From positions 266,766 to 330,765 of the forward strand of contig CAWGHH010000002.1 in assembly GCA_963822405.1 (NCBI GenBank): a stretch of DNA of 64,000 nt, given 5' to 3'. The notes under the pieces were generated by a model that was not told the origin of the DNA, made no database searches, and saw only the letters and a program-made list of their open reading frames with translations. Shown piece after piece: positions 18,207 to 28,960 of this stretch; the first letter of the stretch is position 1, and each line of letters starts with the position of its first letter. The position numbers and the translations under genes are program-made. The DNA is from Candidatus Uhrbacteria bacterium. Its GTDB lineage: Bacteria > Patescibacteriota > Patescibacteriia > UBA9934.

Positions 18207-19409
18207 CTATTTCGGTAAAAATGGAAGAGGGTTTACTGGGATGCCTCCTTTGCGTACTTCGAAGTGTAAGTGAGGACCAGTTGAAAGCCCCGCGCCTTGT
18301 GCGCCAGGTTTACCACCGGACAATCCGATGATGTCGCCACGTCTAATTATTTGATCTTGCTTAACATTAAACTTAGATAAATGCGCGTACAAAGTTGCTA
18401 AACCATTTGTATGAATAATCATTACGTAGTTGCCGTAATCTTTTCCAGTTCGCGTCCAAGCAACTACACCAGGTGCAGCGGCTTCAATTGGTGTTCCAAC
18501 AGGTACTGCTATATCTAGACCCGGGTGTTCAAATAAGTACCTAAATGGATAGGTAGTGTCGTGAAATAATGTTGTAATAATTCCACGAGTAGGCCAAGTA
18601 ATGGCACTTGGATCAGGGTCATTAGCATCTATACTTGAGTCTACCGAGTTCTGTAACTCATTAATCCTATTTGTAATTGACTGCTGTTCCTGACGCAGGT
18701 CATTTACCAGTTCCCTATACTGGTCTTCGGAACTTGCAGTTTGTGCTGCCAACACCTCTTTGGCCATCTTCTTGTCTTCAAGCTGGCGAACCTGAACTTC
18801 CAATTTAACTCTCATCTCATCAAGGCCCTTAAGTTTATCTGTTTGGGTTACCAAGTCATCTTCCAGTGCGCCACGGGTAGTCTTAGTAGCGGCAACTGTT
18901 TTTCTAAGATCTCCGTTAACTGAATTCAAATCGGCCGCGGCCTTAAATACTTCGTCAAAGCTCTTAGCATTGATTAGAAGTTCCAGTGGGCTACCTTCGG
19001 CATCCTGCTTATGGATAGCAAGCAACATGCCGGCCAGCAAATCTCGTTCATGGGCTAGCTTGGCGTTTGTTTCATCAATATGACCATTGACGATTTGTAG
19101 CTCGAGTTGCGCGGTATCAATTTCCGTTTGAGTAGCGAGTACATCAAGTTGACCCATAGCTGAGTCATTTTCAATAAGCGCGATCTCATTCATTAGTGAC
19201 GATGATTTTTTTGCGTACTCGGAAATCTTCTTTTTATAGTCGCTAAGTTTTGAATTGATCGTCTGGATCTGCGCCTTACGATCCGCAATTTCTTTTTGGA
19301 GCTGAGTAGGATCAACTGCTGCGCCCTCCGCGTATAGCAAAGTCGGGCTTGCAAAGCTTGCAAGCAGGGCAGTCAGCATCATTGCCTCCCCTATCCCCCA
19401 TCGACGCAT
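18207..19409 (-). CDS. Coiled-coil M23 peptidase (EnvC/murein hydrolase family)
   Basis: Signal peptide, long coiled coil, HPGLD, YAHL, STGPHLHFEVR. Confidence 0.92.
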   Translation of the reverse strand: MRRWGIGEAMMLTALLASFASPTLLYAEGAAVDPTQLQKEIADRKAQIQTINSKLSDYKKKISEYAKKSSSLMNEIALIENDSAMGQLDVLATQTEIDTAQLELQIVNGHIDETNAKLAHERDLLAGMLLAIHKQDAEGSPLELLINAKSFDEVFKAAADLNSVNGDLRKTVAATKTTRGALEDDLVTQTDKLKGLDEMRVKLEVQVRQLEDKKMAKEVLAAQTASSEDQYRELVNDLRQEQQSITNRINELQNSVDSSIDANDPDPSAITWPTRGIITTLFHDTTYPFRYLFEHPGLDIAVPVGTPIEAAAPGVVAWTRTGKDYGNYVMIIHTNGLATLYAHLSKFNVKQDQIIRRGDIIGLSGGKPGAQGAGLSTGPHLHFEVRKGGIPVNPLPFLPK

Positions 19410-19473
19410 ATGACCACTAGGTTACGGGTTGCTGGTTGCAGGCTACAATTCAACCAACAAGTGTCGCAAAACG

Positions 19474-20937
19474 TTAGTCGAGTCGCGCAATTGCCAGGTT
19501 AATTCGTCGTACTGCTTCTTCCTTGCCAAGTGCCCACAAGAGCTCAAACGGGCTAGCTGACTTTTCTGCGCCAGACAATGACACTCTAAGCGGCCACAAT
19601 ACATTTCCAGCCGAGAGTTCCTTGCCAGTAATATACTCTTTAATTGTCTTCTCGAGAACCGAAATATCCGCAAAGGTGATTTCGTTGAGTGTTTGTATAA
19701 ACTCACCAACGTCTGTCAGCTGTTTCTTTGCGTCGGCAACATCAGCTTTTTTCCAAACAAGTATGGTCGAATTGTACTCTGGCAAAGTAAGCCGACTCTT
19801 AGCAGCAAGTGCCAAATCGTCGAGCGTGTTCGAGCGTGGCTTCTCAATAATAACAGCGCGACGAGTTGTCTCGTCCGCAAGATCAAGAGCTGGCGCGAAT
19901 TTTGCCAATACACTAATCAACGCCACGTCGGTCATGGCATTCAGGTAGTGATGGTTCATCCAATCGAGCTTCTCATGATTAAGGACCGCGCCACTCTTGT
20001 TTACACGACTCACATCGAACAGCTCAATCAGCTCAGTTAGTGCGTATAATTCTTGATCAGATTTCGGGTTGAACCCAAGCGTTCCAACGAAGTTAATCAG
20101 CGTCTGTGGCAGATAGCCCTTGTTCAAATAGTCCTCAACAGCCACATCGCCCTGACGCTTAGAAAGCTTAGTCTTATCGGCGTTCAAGAGTAATGGCAAG
20201 TGACCAAACTCCGGCGCCTTCCAGCCGAACATATCGTAAAGCAAGGTCTGCTTTGGAGTTGACGGTAGCCATTCTTCACCACGCAAAACGTGAGTGATGT
20301 CCATCAGGTGATCGTCGACAACAACTGCTAGGTGATAGGTTGGAAAACCGTCTGTCTTCAAAATTACTTGGTCGTCAATTTCATTGTGACTAATGGTCAC
20401 GTCACCACGAACCAGATCGTGGAATGTGGTCGAGCCTTCTGGAATCTTCATGCGCAGTACGGAAGTTTCGCCAGCAGCCGTCTTAGCCTGCACTTCCTCC
20501 GGCGACAAACTCAAACACCGACGATCATACTTTGGCGTTTGCTTAGCAGCTGTTTGAGTAGCGCGCATTTCTTCGAGTCGCTCGGCCGTACAAAAACAAC
20601 GGTACGCGTGACCGGCGTCGAGCAATTGCATTGCGTGTCTCGTGTAGAGTTCGAGGCGCTGTGACTGCACATACGGACCGAACGCACCCTTCTCACTCAA
20701 GGTTCCGTCAGCTTGCAAAATTGGACCTTCGTCATGCGTCAGTCCCAAGCTAGCAAATGTCTTCAGGAAGCCCTCGACCGCACCCGGAACAAGCCTTTTT
20801 TGATCTGTGTCTTCAATACGAATCATGAACTCACCTCCGTACTTACGAGCATAAAAGTAATTGAAGAGCGCTGTGTGAAGCGTTCCAATGTGCATGTAAC
20901 CAGTAGGCGAAGGAGCAATACGGGTTCGGACGGACAT
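19474..20937 (-). CDS. gltX: Glutamate-tRNA ligase
   Basis: RIAPSPTGYMHIG, RIEDTD, KLSKR. Confidence 0.97.
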   Translation of the reverse strand: MSVRTRIAPSPTGYMHIGTLHTALFNYFYARKYGGEFMIRIEDTDQKRLVPGAVEGFLKTFASLGLTHDEGPILQADGTLSEKGAFGPYVQSQRLELYTRHAMQLLDAGHAYRCFCTAERLEEMRATQTAAKQTPKYDRRCLSLSPEEVQAKTAAGETSVLRMKIPEGSTTFHDLVRGDVTISHNEIDDQVILKTDGFPTYHLAVVVDDHLMDITHVLRGEEWLPSTPKQTLLYDMFGWKAPEFGHLPLLLNADKTKLSKRQGDVAVEDYLNKGYLPQTLINFVGTLGFNPKSDQELYALTELIELFDVSRVNKSGAVLNHEKLDWMNHHYLNAMTDVALISVLAKFAPALDLADETTRRAVIIEKPRSNTLDDLALAAKSRLTLPEYNSTILVWKKADVADAKKQLTDVGEFIQTLNEITFADISVLEKTIKEYITGKELSAGNVLWPLRVSLSGAEKSASPFELLWALGKEEAVRRINLAIARLD

Positions 20938-20969
20938 AGAGCAAGTTGAGGAGTTGTAAAGTTGTAAAG

Positions 20970-21791
20970 CTATCTGAAGAGTTCCTGAACGACTCGCCGC
21001 ACCGCGATGCCAAATCGTTTACGCATTAGCGCCTCCCAAGCGACGACGATCGGAAAAACAACTACTGCTCGACCGATTCGTTGCCAACGCCAGGGCTGCT
21101 TGATTAACCTCCATAACCATTCTACTCCGCGTTTGCGCCAAGCGGGAGGCGGGATCAGATTTGGATGAGACAACGTGTGGATGGCGCCGCCTACCCCAAT
21201 AAACAATCTAACCGAGGGAATTCTATCTTTCATCGCCATTATCACCTTTTCTTGCTTGCCTTGCCTACGTCCCCTCCCCTGTCCAAGAGCCACCGCGACG
21301 ACAACTGGTTCAAGCGAACCAACTCGCGCCAGACTTGCCTCAGATAATCTTGGTGTTACGTCGTCAACTATGCCGGGATCGAGCGGAACAACATCAAGGG
21401 TTGGAAATTTCTGTTTGAAGAGCGCGCCTACAGTTTCCGGTTCCTTACCAGAACCGCCGAGCAGTAGTAATCGTTTGCCTTCAAGCGAACAAAGTTCCGC
21501 TAAAAGCTCAAGTGTCGCAACTCCAGTATGACGAGATTGCAAAACTTCACCGTCCTCAAGAGCCGCGCTCGCAAACCGAAGTCCAGTGCCGTCAGGAATT
21601 GCCAAATCAGCATGATCAAGAATTGATCTGAACTCAGGATCCCCCATGGCTGACAATAACATCTCTGGATTTGGAGTCACTACTACTGCCGTTTGATCCC
21701 CTCGAATAATTGAAAGCAATTTCTCCCGTAATTCAACGCTCGTAAGATCGTCAATTTTGACGCCGAGAAGTTTGTGTTGATTAGCTGCCAT
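20970..21791 (-). CDS. WecG/TagA/CpsF family glycosyltransferase
   Basis: VTPNPE, PDGTG, KQE, GVGG, EWLWRL..PWRW.R. Confidence 0.9.
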   Translation of the reverse strand: MAANQHKLLGVKIDDLTSVELREKLLSIIRGDQTAVVVTPNPEMLLSAMGDPEFRSILDHADLAIPDGTGLRFASAALEDGEVLQSRHTGVATLELLAELCSLEGKRLLLLGGSGKEPETVGALFKQKFPTLDVVPLDPGIVDDVTPRLSEASLARVGSLEPVVVAVALGQGRGRRQGKQEKVIMAMKDRIPSVRLFIGVGGAIHTLSHPNLIPPPAWRKRGVEWLWRLIKQPWRWQRIGRAVVVFPIVVAWEALMRKRFGIAVRRVVQELFR

Positions 21792-21808
21792 AGTTGCGTC
21801 GTAAAACA

Positions 21809-22240
21809 CTAGTTCTTGCGTCTCAAAATAAGCGTTGAAATTATAACGAACGTTCCCGCGCCAAGTACATCCATCAGCAGGTCTTTCATGGTGTCAGCTA
21901 CTCCCGGCTGCATAGGAATAAACGAAACGAATTCTCTGGCGTGGAGTACATCAAGCAGAAACTCATGCCACTCCCAAGCGATTCCAATAAACGACGCAAA
22001 GCCAATCATGGCAATTGCTTTAATTAGTAACGGTATACTATCCATGACCTTCTTTTCATAAAGACCTAACCCCTTATCCCAAGCGACATAGGCCAACCAA
22101 GCAATAGTGACCCCGCCCAAAAAGTGCATCGGGATATCAAACCACTTCCAGACGCCATAAAGACCGCTCGTGACAGCCAAAAAATTTATTCCGTAGACTA
22201 ACGCCGCCGGACCAAAGAGCTTGAAAAGTGTTTTTATCAT
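21809..22240 (-). CDS. Membrane protein with H..E..E..D metal-binding-like motif (VanZ/DUF2238-like)
   Basis: WFDIPMHFLGG, WEWHEF, DTMKDL. Confidence 0.75.
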   Translation of the reverse strand: MIKTLFKLFGPAALVYGINFLAVTSGLYGVWKWFDIPMHFLGGVTIAWLAYVAWDKGLGLYEKKVMDSIPLLIKAIAMIGFASFIGIAWEWHEFLLDVLHAREFVSFIPMQPGVADTMKDLLMDVLGAGTFVIISTLILRRKN

Positions 22241-22283
22241 AAAATGGCTTATCTATTGTACAAAAATGACGGGGAAAAACAAG

Positions 22284-22324
22284 TTGACATAGATTATTTA
22301 GCACTCTAAAATGATGAGTGCTAA
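22284..22324 (+). promoter_or_regulatory. clpB sigma70 promoter overlapped by perfect CIRCE (HrcA operator)
   Basis: TTAGCACTC-N9-GAGTGCTAA at 22298-22324; TTGACA 22284-22289, N17, TAAAAT 22307-22312 inside the CIRCE spacer. Confidence 0.95.
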
Positions 22325-22364
22325 CCCTCGGCTTTCGCCTACGGGCAAGCCCGCACCCCCACAT

Positions 22365-24995
22365 ATGACGCCCAACAATTTTACCAGCAAATCCCAAGAA
22401 GCAATCCAAAGCGCGCAAATGATTGCGAACGCTAACGGCCAGCAAGGCGTTGAGCCTATTCACCTTCTTACTTCTCTAGTTGCTCAAGAAGAAGGGTTTG
22501 TAGTTACAGTTCTTAAAAAAATGGAAGTTTCTATTCCGGCTCTCCGAGCTGATATTGGTCGAGTGCTTGAATCACTCCCAAAAGTCAGCACGCTTGAACG
22601 TGGTCCTAACGGCCAGGTCATGCTCACTCCCCCGCTTGCCCAAGCCCTTCAGGTAGCCACCCAAAAAGCTTCCGGCTTTGGCGACGATTACATCTCTACC
22701 GAGCATCTCTTCTTAGGTCTTATTGGCGATCGTCTACTTCATGATCTCCTCTCTGTGCACGCTATCACGGAAGACGCAGTACTCGCTGCTCTCAAGGAAC
22801 TACGCGGTAGCCAGAAAGTTGATTCAGCTGAACCGGAAACAAAGTTTCAAGCAATAGAGAAGTACAGCATGAACCTCACGGAACGTGCTCGTCATGGCAA
22901 GCTTGATCCAATTATTGGTCGAGACGAGGAGATTCGCCGCGTCATGCAGGTACTGTCTCGCCGCACAAAAAATAACCCCGTGCTTATTGGCGAGGCTGGC
23001 GTCGGCAAAACTTCTATTGTCGAGGGTTTGGCTCAGCGCATAGTTGCCGGCGACGTTCCCGAAACACTCAAAAACAAGGAGGTCGTCTCTCTGGATCTTG
23101 GAGCGTTGATCGCCGGCACAAAGTTCCGCGGCGAATTCGAAGAACGCCTCAAGGCCGTCATGCGCGAGATCCAACAGGCTTCCGGCAAGTACATTTTGTT
23201 TATCGACGAATTACACATGCTCGTCGGTGCCGGCAAAAGCGACGACTCCCCAATGGACGCAAGCAACCTACTCAAGCCCGCACTCTCCCGTGGTGAGCTG
23301 CGAGTGATTGGCGCGACGACTACGAAGGAATATCACAAACACATTGAAAAGGACCAAGCACTCGAACGTCGGTTCCAGCCGATTTTTGTACACGAGCCGA
23401 ACATTCCTGACGCCATTGCCATGTTGCGCGGTCTCAAAGAAAAGTATGAGCTTCATCACGGCGTGCGCATTTCCGATGGCGCCATTGTTTCAGCCGTCGA
23501 ACTTTCCGCTCGGTATATCTCTGATCGTCAGCTCCCTGACAAGGCAGTTGACTTGATCGACGAGGCTGCGAGTGCCCTCCGACTACAAATCGAATCAATG
23601 CCCGAAGAACTCGATAGATTCAAGCGCGAAGAAATGCGACTTGATATTGAGCGTCGCGCCCTACTCAAGGAAGAGGACGATGATTCAAAAACTCGCCTCA
23701 AAGATATCGAACGTTTACTAGCCGACGCCAAAGAAAAATCGGCATCTCTTGAAATTCGCTGGAAGGGCGAAAAAGACATTATTGGAAAGATTCGTGACGT
23801 GAAAGCAGAGATCGACAGATTGACGAGCGAGGCGGATTTCGAGGAGCGTCGAGGTAACTTGGAAATCGTCGCCGAGATTCGGTACGGCAACATTCCTGCG
23901 CAACGGGCAGAATTCGAAAAGCTAGAAAATGAACTCCGCAAGTTTCAAGCCGAACGCGGTCTCTTGAAAGAAGTCATCACCGAGGAAGACATTGCGCACG
24001 TTGTCGCTCGCTGGACGAATATTCCCGTCTCGAAAATGCTCGAAAGTGAAATGACGAAGCTCACGCGCATGGAAGATGAGCTGAAGCAACGAGTAGTTGG
24101 CCAAGCAGAGGCCATCACCGCCGTCTCAAACGCGCTCAGACGTTCCCGCGCCGGCATCAGTGAAGAGAAGCGACCTATCGGTTCCTTCATCTTCCTGGGA
24201 CCAACGGGCGTCGGCAAGACTGAACTTGCAAAAGCCCTCGCTAGCTTCATGTTCAATGACGAGAAGTCGCTCATCAGACTCGACATGAGCGAATACATGG
24301 AACGTCACAGCGTCAGCAAAATGATCGGCTCCCCTCCTGGCTACATTGGCTATGACGAGGGCGGTCAGCTGACGGACATGGTGCGTAGACATCCCTACGC
24401 CGTCGTACTGTTCGACGAGATCGAAAAAGCACATCCCGAAGTCTTTAACTTGCTCTTACAGATTCTTGAAGATGGTCGGTTAACGGACGCTAAAGGACGC
24501 GTGGTCAACTTCAAAAACACCATCGTCATCATGACGAGCAATCTTGGATCCGACGCGATTCTCTCTAATGGCAAACTCGATGGTATTGGGTTCGGTGAAT
24601 TGAAGACGGACAAAGTCGACATCACCAAGAACAAAATCATGGAGTTGCTCAAAGAACAGTTCCGTCCCGAGTTCTTGAACCGTATTGACGACATCATCGT
24701 CTTCCACGCGCTCAGCGCAGAAAATATCGAGGGTGTAGTCGAACTCCAACTGCAACTCATCGCCGACCGTCTCATGGAACAGCGTAAAATTTCGCTCAAG
24801 GTTACTGATCGAGCAAAAAAGTTGCTCGCAGAAAAAGGGTACGATCCGCATTATGGCGCTCGGCCTCTCAAGCGCGTCATTCAACACATGATCCTTGATC
24901 CTCTCGCCATGAAGATCGTCTCCGGCGAAGTAAAGGAGGATGGATCCGTAACGGTCGACGCAAAGAAAGACGAAATAGAAATCAAAACCAAGTAA
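22365..24995 (+). CDS. clpB: Chaperone/disaggregase ClpB
   Basis: Two AAA+ modules ([16 protein letters not shown]), middle coiled coil, GARPL; start placed downstream of CIRCE. Confidence 0.97.
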   Translation: MTPNNFTSKSQEAIQSAQMIANANGQQGVEPIHLLTSLVAQEEGFVVTVLKKMEVSIPALRADIGRVLESLPKVSTLERGPNGQVMLTPPLAQALQVATQKASGFGDDYISTEHLFLGLIGDRLLHDLLSVHAITEDAVLAALKELRGSQKVDSAEPETKFQAIEKYSMNLTERARHGKLDPIIGRDEEIRRVMQVLSRRTKNNPVLIGEAGVGKTSIVEGLAQRIVAGDVPETLKNKEVVSLDLGALIAGTKFRGEFEERLKAVMREIQQASGKYILFIDELHMLVGAGKSDDSPMDASNLLKPALSRGELRVIGATTTKEYHKHIEKDQALERRFQPIFVHEPNIPDAIAMLRGLKEKYELHHGVRISDGAIVSAVELSARYISDRQLPDKAVDLIDEAASALRLQIESMPEELDRFKREEMRLDIERRALLKEEDDDSKTRLKDIERLLADAKEKSASLEIRWKGEKDIIGKIRDVKAEIDRLTSEADFEERRGNLEIVAEIRYGNIPAQRAEFEKLENELRKFQAERGLLKEVITEEDIAHVVARWTNIPVSKMLESEMTKLTRMEDELKQRVVGQAEAITAVSNALRRSRAGISEEKRPIGSFIFLGPTGVGKTELAKALASFMFNDEKSLIRLDMSEYMERHSVSKMIGSPPGYIGYDEGGQLTDMVRRHPYAVVLFDEIEKAHPEVFNLLLQILEDGRLTDAKGRVVNFKNTIVIMTSNLGSDAILSNGKLDGIGFGELKTDKVDITKNKIMELLKEQFRPEFLNRIDDIIVFHALSAENIEGVVELQLQLIADRLMEQRKISLKVTDRAKKLLAEKGYDPHYGARPLKRVIQHMILDPLAMKIVSGEVKEDGSVTVDAKKDEIEIKTK

Positions 24996-24997
24996 AC

Positions 24998-25030
24998 AGA
25001 AAAGAGGCTCAGGGGAAGCCTCTTTTTCTT
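24998..25030. terminator. Bidirectional terminator
   Basis: AGAAAAGAGGCT...AGCCTCTTTTTCT between convergent genes. Confidence 0.8.
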
Positions 25031-25325
25031 ATGTTGCTGGTTTGAAAACCAACCTGTGATCATTCGCGAACTTGTCGAGTCGTTCCTCAACAAATCCCTT
25101 AGAAGCCATCTGTGTGTCCATTTTCTTTTCGACACTGTCCAACTTATTCTCAACCCGACCCAATCGAACCTCCACGCTATCTATACGGCTGTGGATAAGA
25201 TCGAACTGAGGGATGAGATTGTGTTCCATGATACTCGAGAATTTCTCATCGAAGATCCTAGGTACATGTTCCTCAATAACCTCAACAATCACAGCTTTTA
25301 TCTCTAACAAATCCTGTTTATTCAT
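25029..25325 (-). CDS. Small coiled-coil hypothetical protein
   Basis: Heptads IDSVEVR-LGRVENK-LDSVEKK. Confidence 0.65.
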   Translation of the reverse strand: MNKQDLLEIKAVIVEVIEEHVPRIFDEKFSSIMEHNLIPQFDLIHSRIDSVEVRLGRVENKLDSVEKKMDTQMASKGFVEERLDKFANDHRLVFKPAT

Positions 25326-25371
25326 ACATTCAAACATTAAGAATTAGATCTCACGTACTGGGGAGTTATTT

Positions 25372-26485
25372 CTATTTTATCACACCACTCCCAACCGCCT
25401 CTTTAACATTCCTGAACCCATCTCTTCGTAGTAGCTCAGCGAGTCCTTTATTAATTTCGCCGATTACCTGCGGAACCTTGGAAAATCATCCCAGTGATCA
25501 GCTGGACGAGTGAGGCGCCTCGACAAATCTTCGCGTAGGCGTCTTCGGCCGTGAAGATTCCGCCGGTGCCGATGATGACGAATCGGTTGCCGGTCGTTTT
25601 ATATAAATGCTCAATCAGGGCGAGGGACGCATCAGAAGTTGGCTTGCCGCTGATTCCGCCTTTAGTGATGCCGGCAATTTCTGTCTGATCGATTTCCGGA
25701 CGATCGCGCTTCTTAGTTAGGTTCGACAAAATGATTCCGTGTACGCGATGTCGTTTGCAGACGTCGACCAAACCGTCCAGCTCCCCCGTCAGCAAATCCA
25801 CCGGCATCTTGATGAAGATTGGTTTACTAGTAGCAATCTTGTCGAGTTCAGTCATTAACAGTTCGAGTCGTTCAGGAGTTGTGAAAGGCTCTCCCCCGCA
25901 CGTGTTCGGACAACTAATGTTGATCGTAAAAAATTGCCCGATGTCGACAAACGCTCTGAACGCCTTGGCGTAGTCGTTGATGCCGTCCTGCAGTTCAACG
26001 GTCGACGCGTCATTGGTCTTCGCTACACTTATCCCAATCGGCAGCGGGAAGGTCTTACCCTTAAGCCTCGACGAGATTGCTTCTGCTCCATCGTTCTTCA
26101 GTCCGTAGTAGACGACTAGCCCTTTACTCTTTGGTAACCGCCATAATCGAGGTCTCGGATTCCCCGCGCACGCCTCCCCCGTGATAGAGCCAACTTCCTC
26201 AAAGCCAAAACCTACCGCCGCCATCACGTTTGGCAACTGCGCGTTCTTATCGAACCCCGCCGACAAGCCAACTGGATTCGCAAAATGTATTCCAAGAATG
26301 TTCTGTTCAAGGATCGCGTCGTCATAACGGTAATTCAAGCGCGCGAGCCCTCGCAATGGTGCAACCGAGCCAATTACTCGACCAGCCAACGTAAACGCAT
26401 CATGGACATCTTCTGGGTCGCGTTTAAAAATAATCGGCTTTAATATATTTTGATAAGCCCAGGCCTGAAGTTTTGTGGCGAACAT
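25372..26485 (-). CDS. pyrD: Dihydroorotate dehydrogenase, class 2-like; apparent +1 frameshift at ~25474
   Basis: DPEDVH, GLSAGFDKN, GNPRPRLWRL, NISCPNT, GGISG, GASLVQL; removing one base restores QGPQVIGEINKGL...EAVG (370 aa). Confidence 0.93.
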
Positions 26486-26486
26486 A

Positions 26487-27227
26487 TTACAAACGACCGA
26501 GATCGAACTTTCCATTCACTGTACACTTCTCTTTTATTTGTTTGGCAAGACTCTGAATATCGTCCTCAAACAAACTTGAATATTCTTCTTCCTCAAATAA
26601 CTTCATCACAATCCCAATCATTTCTTGGTAGAAATTCGCGTCACCTGTAAGTCTCTCCCAAAAATCCTGACCAACATAGATTGGAATATGTGGTTGTTGA
26701 CCGATTGTCTCGTCGTGAATCTTCTTGTAATGCCCGCTAATCTGGTCGAGTGTTCCGTACGTAATCCCAATTGCAAAAGTCGGGATAGTCGCCGCTCTAT
26801 TCTGAAGCAATAATCTATAGGCCGTCTTCATCTCATCCAATATCGGCTTCACATCACCTGCATTGATCGTATTTGGACCAGACTTCAGCTGCATGACTAT
26901 CCTTCCACCCTCTTTCTTGTTCTCAAATTCAATATCCATTCCAGCTGTGCTCGAAGCTTGCGCACCAAGCTGTTGAGTGCAGAGTCTCTGCATCATGTCC
27001 CCAAAAGTTGTGCTAACCGACGTCCCGAATACTCGAGGATACAAGAGAGCCTTCGCGACATTCTCTGGGGTGCACTCCCCCAAAATACCGCTAGACAACG
27101 CAGCTATAGCGAATGGATTTACGTTAAACTTTGATAGCTTGTGCCCACTTTCTAATTTTGCTCGAAGTACATCAGCGAATTCAATTTTGAAATACTCACG
27201 AATCACCTTTTCGGTTTGTTTATCCAT
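26487..27227 (-). CDS. Type II restriction endonuclease (EcoO109I/PmeII-like PD-(D/E)XK)
   Basis: NPF, AKALLYPRVFGTS..TTFG, GMDIEF...QLKSGPNTIN, GQDFWERLTG; divergent from C5-MTase. Confidence 0.85.
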   Translation of the reverse strand: MDKQTEKVIREYFKIEFADVLRAKLESGHKLSKFNVNPFAIAALSSGILGECTPENVAKALLYPRVFGTSVSTTFGDMMQRLCTQQLGAQASSTAGMDIEFENKKEGGRIVMQLKSGPNTINAGDVKPILDEMKTAYRLLLQNRAATIPTFAIGITYGTLDQISGHYKKIHDETIGQQPHIPIYVGQDFWERLTGDANFYQEMIGIVMKLFEEEEYSSLFEDDIQSLAKQIKEKCTVNGKFDLGRL

Positions 27228-27273
27228 AATGGAAAAGCATAGACCTTTGGTACATTTTTGTCACTTATGAACA

Positions 27274-27309
27274 AGTAACCACTGCATAAGGCAATGGTTA
27301 CTATATACT
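27274..27309. promoter_or_regulatory. Inverted-repeat operator and -10 box between REase and MTase
   Basis: AGTAACCAcTGC-ataag-GCAaTGGTTACT (27274-27302) next to TATACT (27304-27309). Confidence 0.7.
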
Positions 27310-28548
27310 ATGTCTGCTATGCCAAAACTTCTTTCGGTTATCGAAGCTTCACTCCGGATCGGCGTCTCCTCTGACACTATTCGTCGCTGGGACAAAAAAG
27401 GATTAATCAAAGCCCAACGCTCCCCGCTTAATCATCGTCTATTCGATTTCGATGAAATCATGCGTTTGCATAACAAAATATCAGGCACAAGTAGTGGAAA
27501 CAACTACAAAGTACTTAGAACAAACAAGAAATCGGGATATACGGCTATTGAACTATTCGCCGGAGCAGGCGGAACTGCCCTAGGATTCGACAACGCTGGG
27601 ATCGACCATACTCTCCTCACCGATTGGGACAAAGACTCGACCGACACGTTAAAATTCAACAAACCAAATTGGAACGTTGTTCGTGATGACGTGCGAAACA
27701 TCGACTTTTCAAAAAAAGACGCAGATATAGTAGAAGGCGGCTTCCCTTGTCAATCCTTCAGCTTCGCCGGCAAGAAACTCGGCTTCAGCGATATACGAGG
27801 AACAATGTTTTTCGAATTCGCACGTTGCCTTAAAGAAGTCCAACCAAAAATTGCCATGGGTGAAAATGTTCGTGGCCTCCTCGCGCACGAAGACGGACGA
27901 ACCCTCAAAACGATCATCGGCATCATGAAGGACTTAGGCTATAACGTCGCTTACAAAATTCTCCGCGCTCAATATCTCGATGTTCCGCAAAAACGCGAGC
28001 GCCTCATCATTATCGGCATTCGCAAGGATCTCGATCTCCCGATTCTCTTCCCGCGAGAAAGAGATTACACAATCTCAATGAAGGAAGCGTTGGCCGAATG
28101 TCCACTTTCAGACGGACAATCATATCCAGATAAAAAACGAGCGGTCATGGAATTGATACCAGCGGGTGGGTATTGGAAAGACTTGCCAGTACCGATGCAA
28201 AAAAAATACATGGGAGCTAGCTATTACATGGGCGGTGGAAAAACCGGCATGGCTCGTCGCCTCTCTTGGGATGAACCGAGCCTCACGCTTACCTGCGCGC
28301 CAGCACAAAAACAAACCGAGCGTTGTCATCCGAGCGAGACTCGACCCCTCACGGTTCGCGAGTACGCCCGTATTCAAACCTTTCCCGATTCTTGGGACTT
28401 CTCAGGCTCGACCACATCCCAATATAAGCAGATAGGAAATGCTGTCCCCGTAAACCTCGGATTCCATATCGGCACATGTCTAAAAGCATCCCTCAATGGC
28501 AATGCCGACGAGAAAACCATGGAACTTGCTGAACCAATCGAAAACTAA
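27310..28548 (+). CDS. DNA cytosine-5 methyltransferase with N-terminal MerR-like HTH; target-recognition domain resembles GGNCC enzymes (M.Eco47II/M.Sau96I type)
   Basis: ELFAGAGG, GFPCQ, ENV, QKRER, GGGKTGMARRLSWDEPSLTLTCAPAQKQTERCHP, QIGNAV; N-terminal GVSSDTIRRWDKKG; start may be ATG 27319. Confidence 0.95.
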   Translation: MSAMPKLLSVIEASLRIGVSSDTIRRWDKKGLIKAQRSPLNHRLFDFDEIMRLHNKISGTSSGNNYKVLRTNKKSGYTAIELFAGAGGTALGFDNAGIDHTLLTDWDKDSTDTLKFNKPNWNVVRDDVRNIDFSKKDADIVEGGFPCQSFSFAGKKLGFSDIRGTMFFEFARCLKEVQPKIAMGENVRGLLAHEDGRTLKTIIGIMKDLGYNVAYKILRAQYLDVPQKRERLIIIGIRKDLDLPILFPRERDYTISMKEALAECPLSDGQSYPDKKRAVMELIPAGGYWKDLPVPMQKKYMGASYYMGGGKTGMARRLSWDEPSLTLTCAPAQKQTERCHPSETRPLTVREYARIQTFPDSWDFSGSTTSQYKQIGNAVPVNLGFHIGTCLKASLNGNADEKTMELAEPIEN

Positions 28549-28555
28549 TCAACAC

Positions 28556-28586
28556 AAAAACACGAGCCACTTAGACTCGTGTTTTA
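28556..28586. terminator. Terminator after MTase
   Basis: AAAACACGAG-N-CTCGTGTTTT. Confidence 0.75.
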
Positions 28587-28685
28587 TGTTACTAACATCC
28601 AATGTATATTTCATTTCTCATTGGTTTCGCATGGCTCAAACACGGTCTACGAATGTATGCCACGACCAACCAGAAGAAATTATTG

Positions 28686-28958
28686 CTATGTATTTCGCAA
28701 CCAGTTAACAACAGCTTCCGGCATTCTATATCCTGCCCAATCAGATGAAACTTCTGTCACGAATATTCGATCGTTAGAGTCTACAGCCGCAATCAAACGA
28801 TTAATAATCGCCACAGAAGAGTCGTCAGTTCTAATCAACCACAAAGATTCCATTGGCTTAGCCCAAAATCTATAACTTTTTATCAACTCAAACAACCTAG
28901 CGTAATCGAGACTTGTTTCTGGTCGAATCAAGTCGTAAGTAATTAAATATACTTTCAT
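28686..28958 (-). CDS. Small Cas2/VapD-like ferredoxin-fold protein
   Basis: YLITYDL start, ESLWLI, DSNDRIFV; 90 aa. Confidence 0.75.
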   Translation of the reverse strand: MKVYLITYDLIRPETSLDYARLFELIKSYRFWAKPMESLWLIRTDDSSVAIINRLIAAVDSNDRIFVTEVSSDWAGYRMPEAVVNWLRNT

Positions 28959-28960
28959 AA

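Noticed and set aside
22311-22364. N-terminal extension of ClpB
   Set aside because: ATG 22311 lies within the -10 box/CIRCE and so upstream of the likely TSS.
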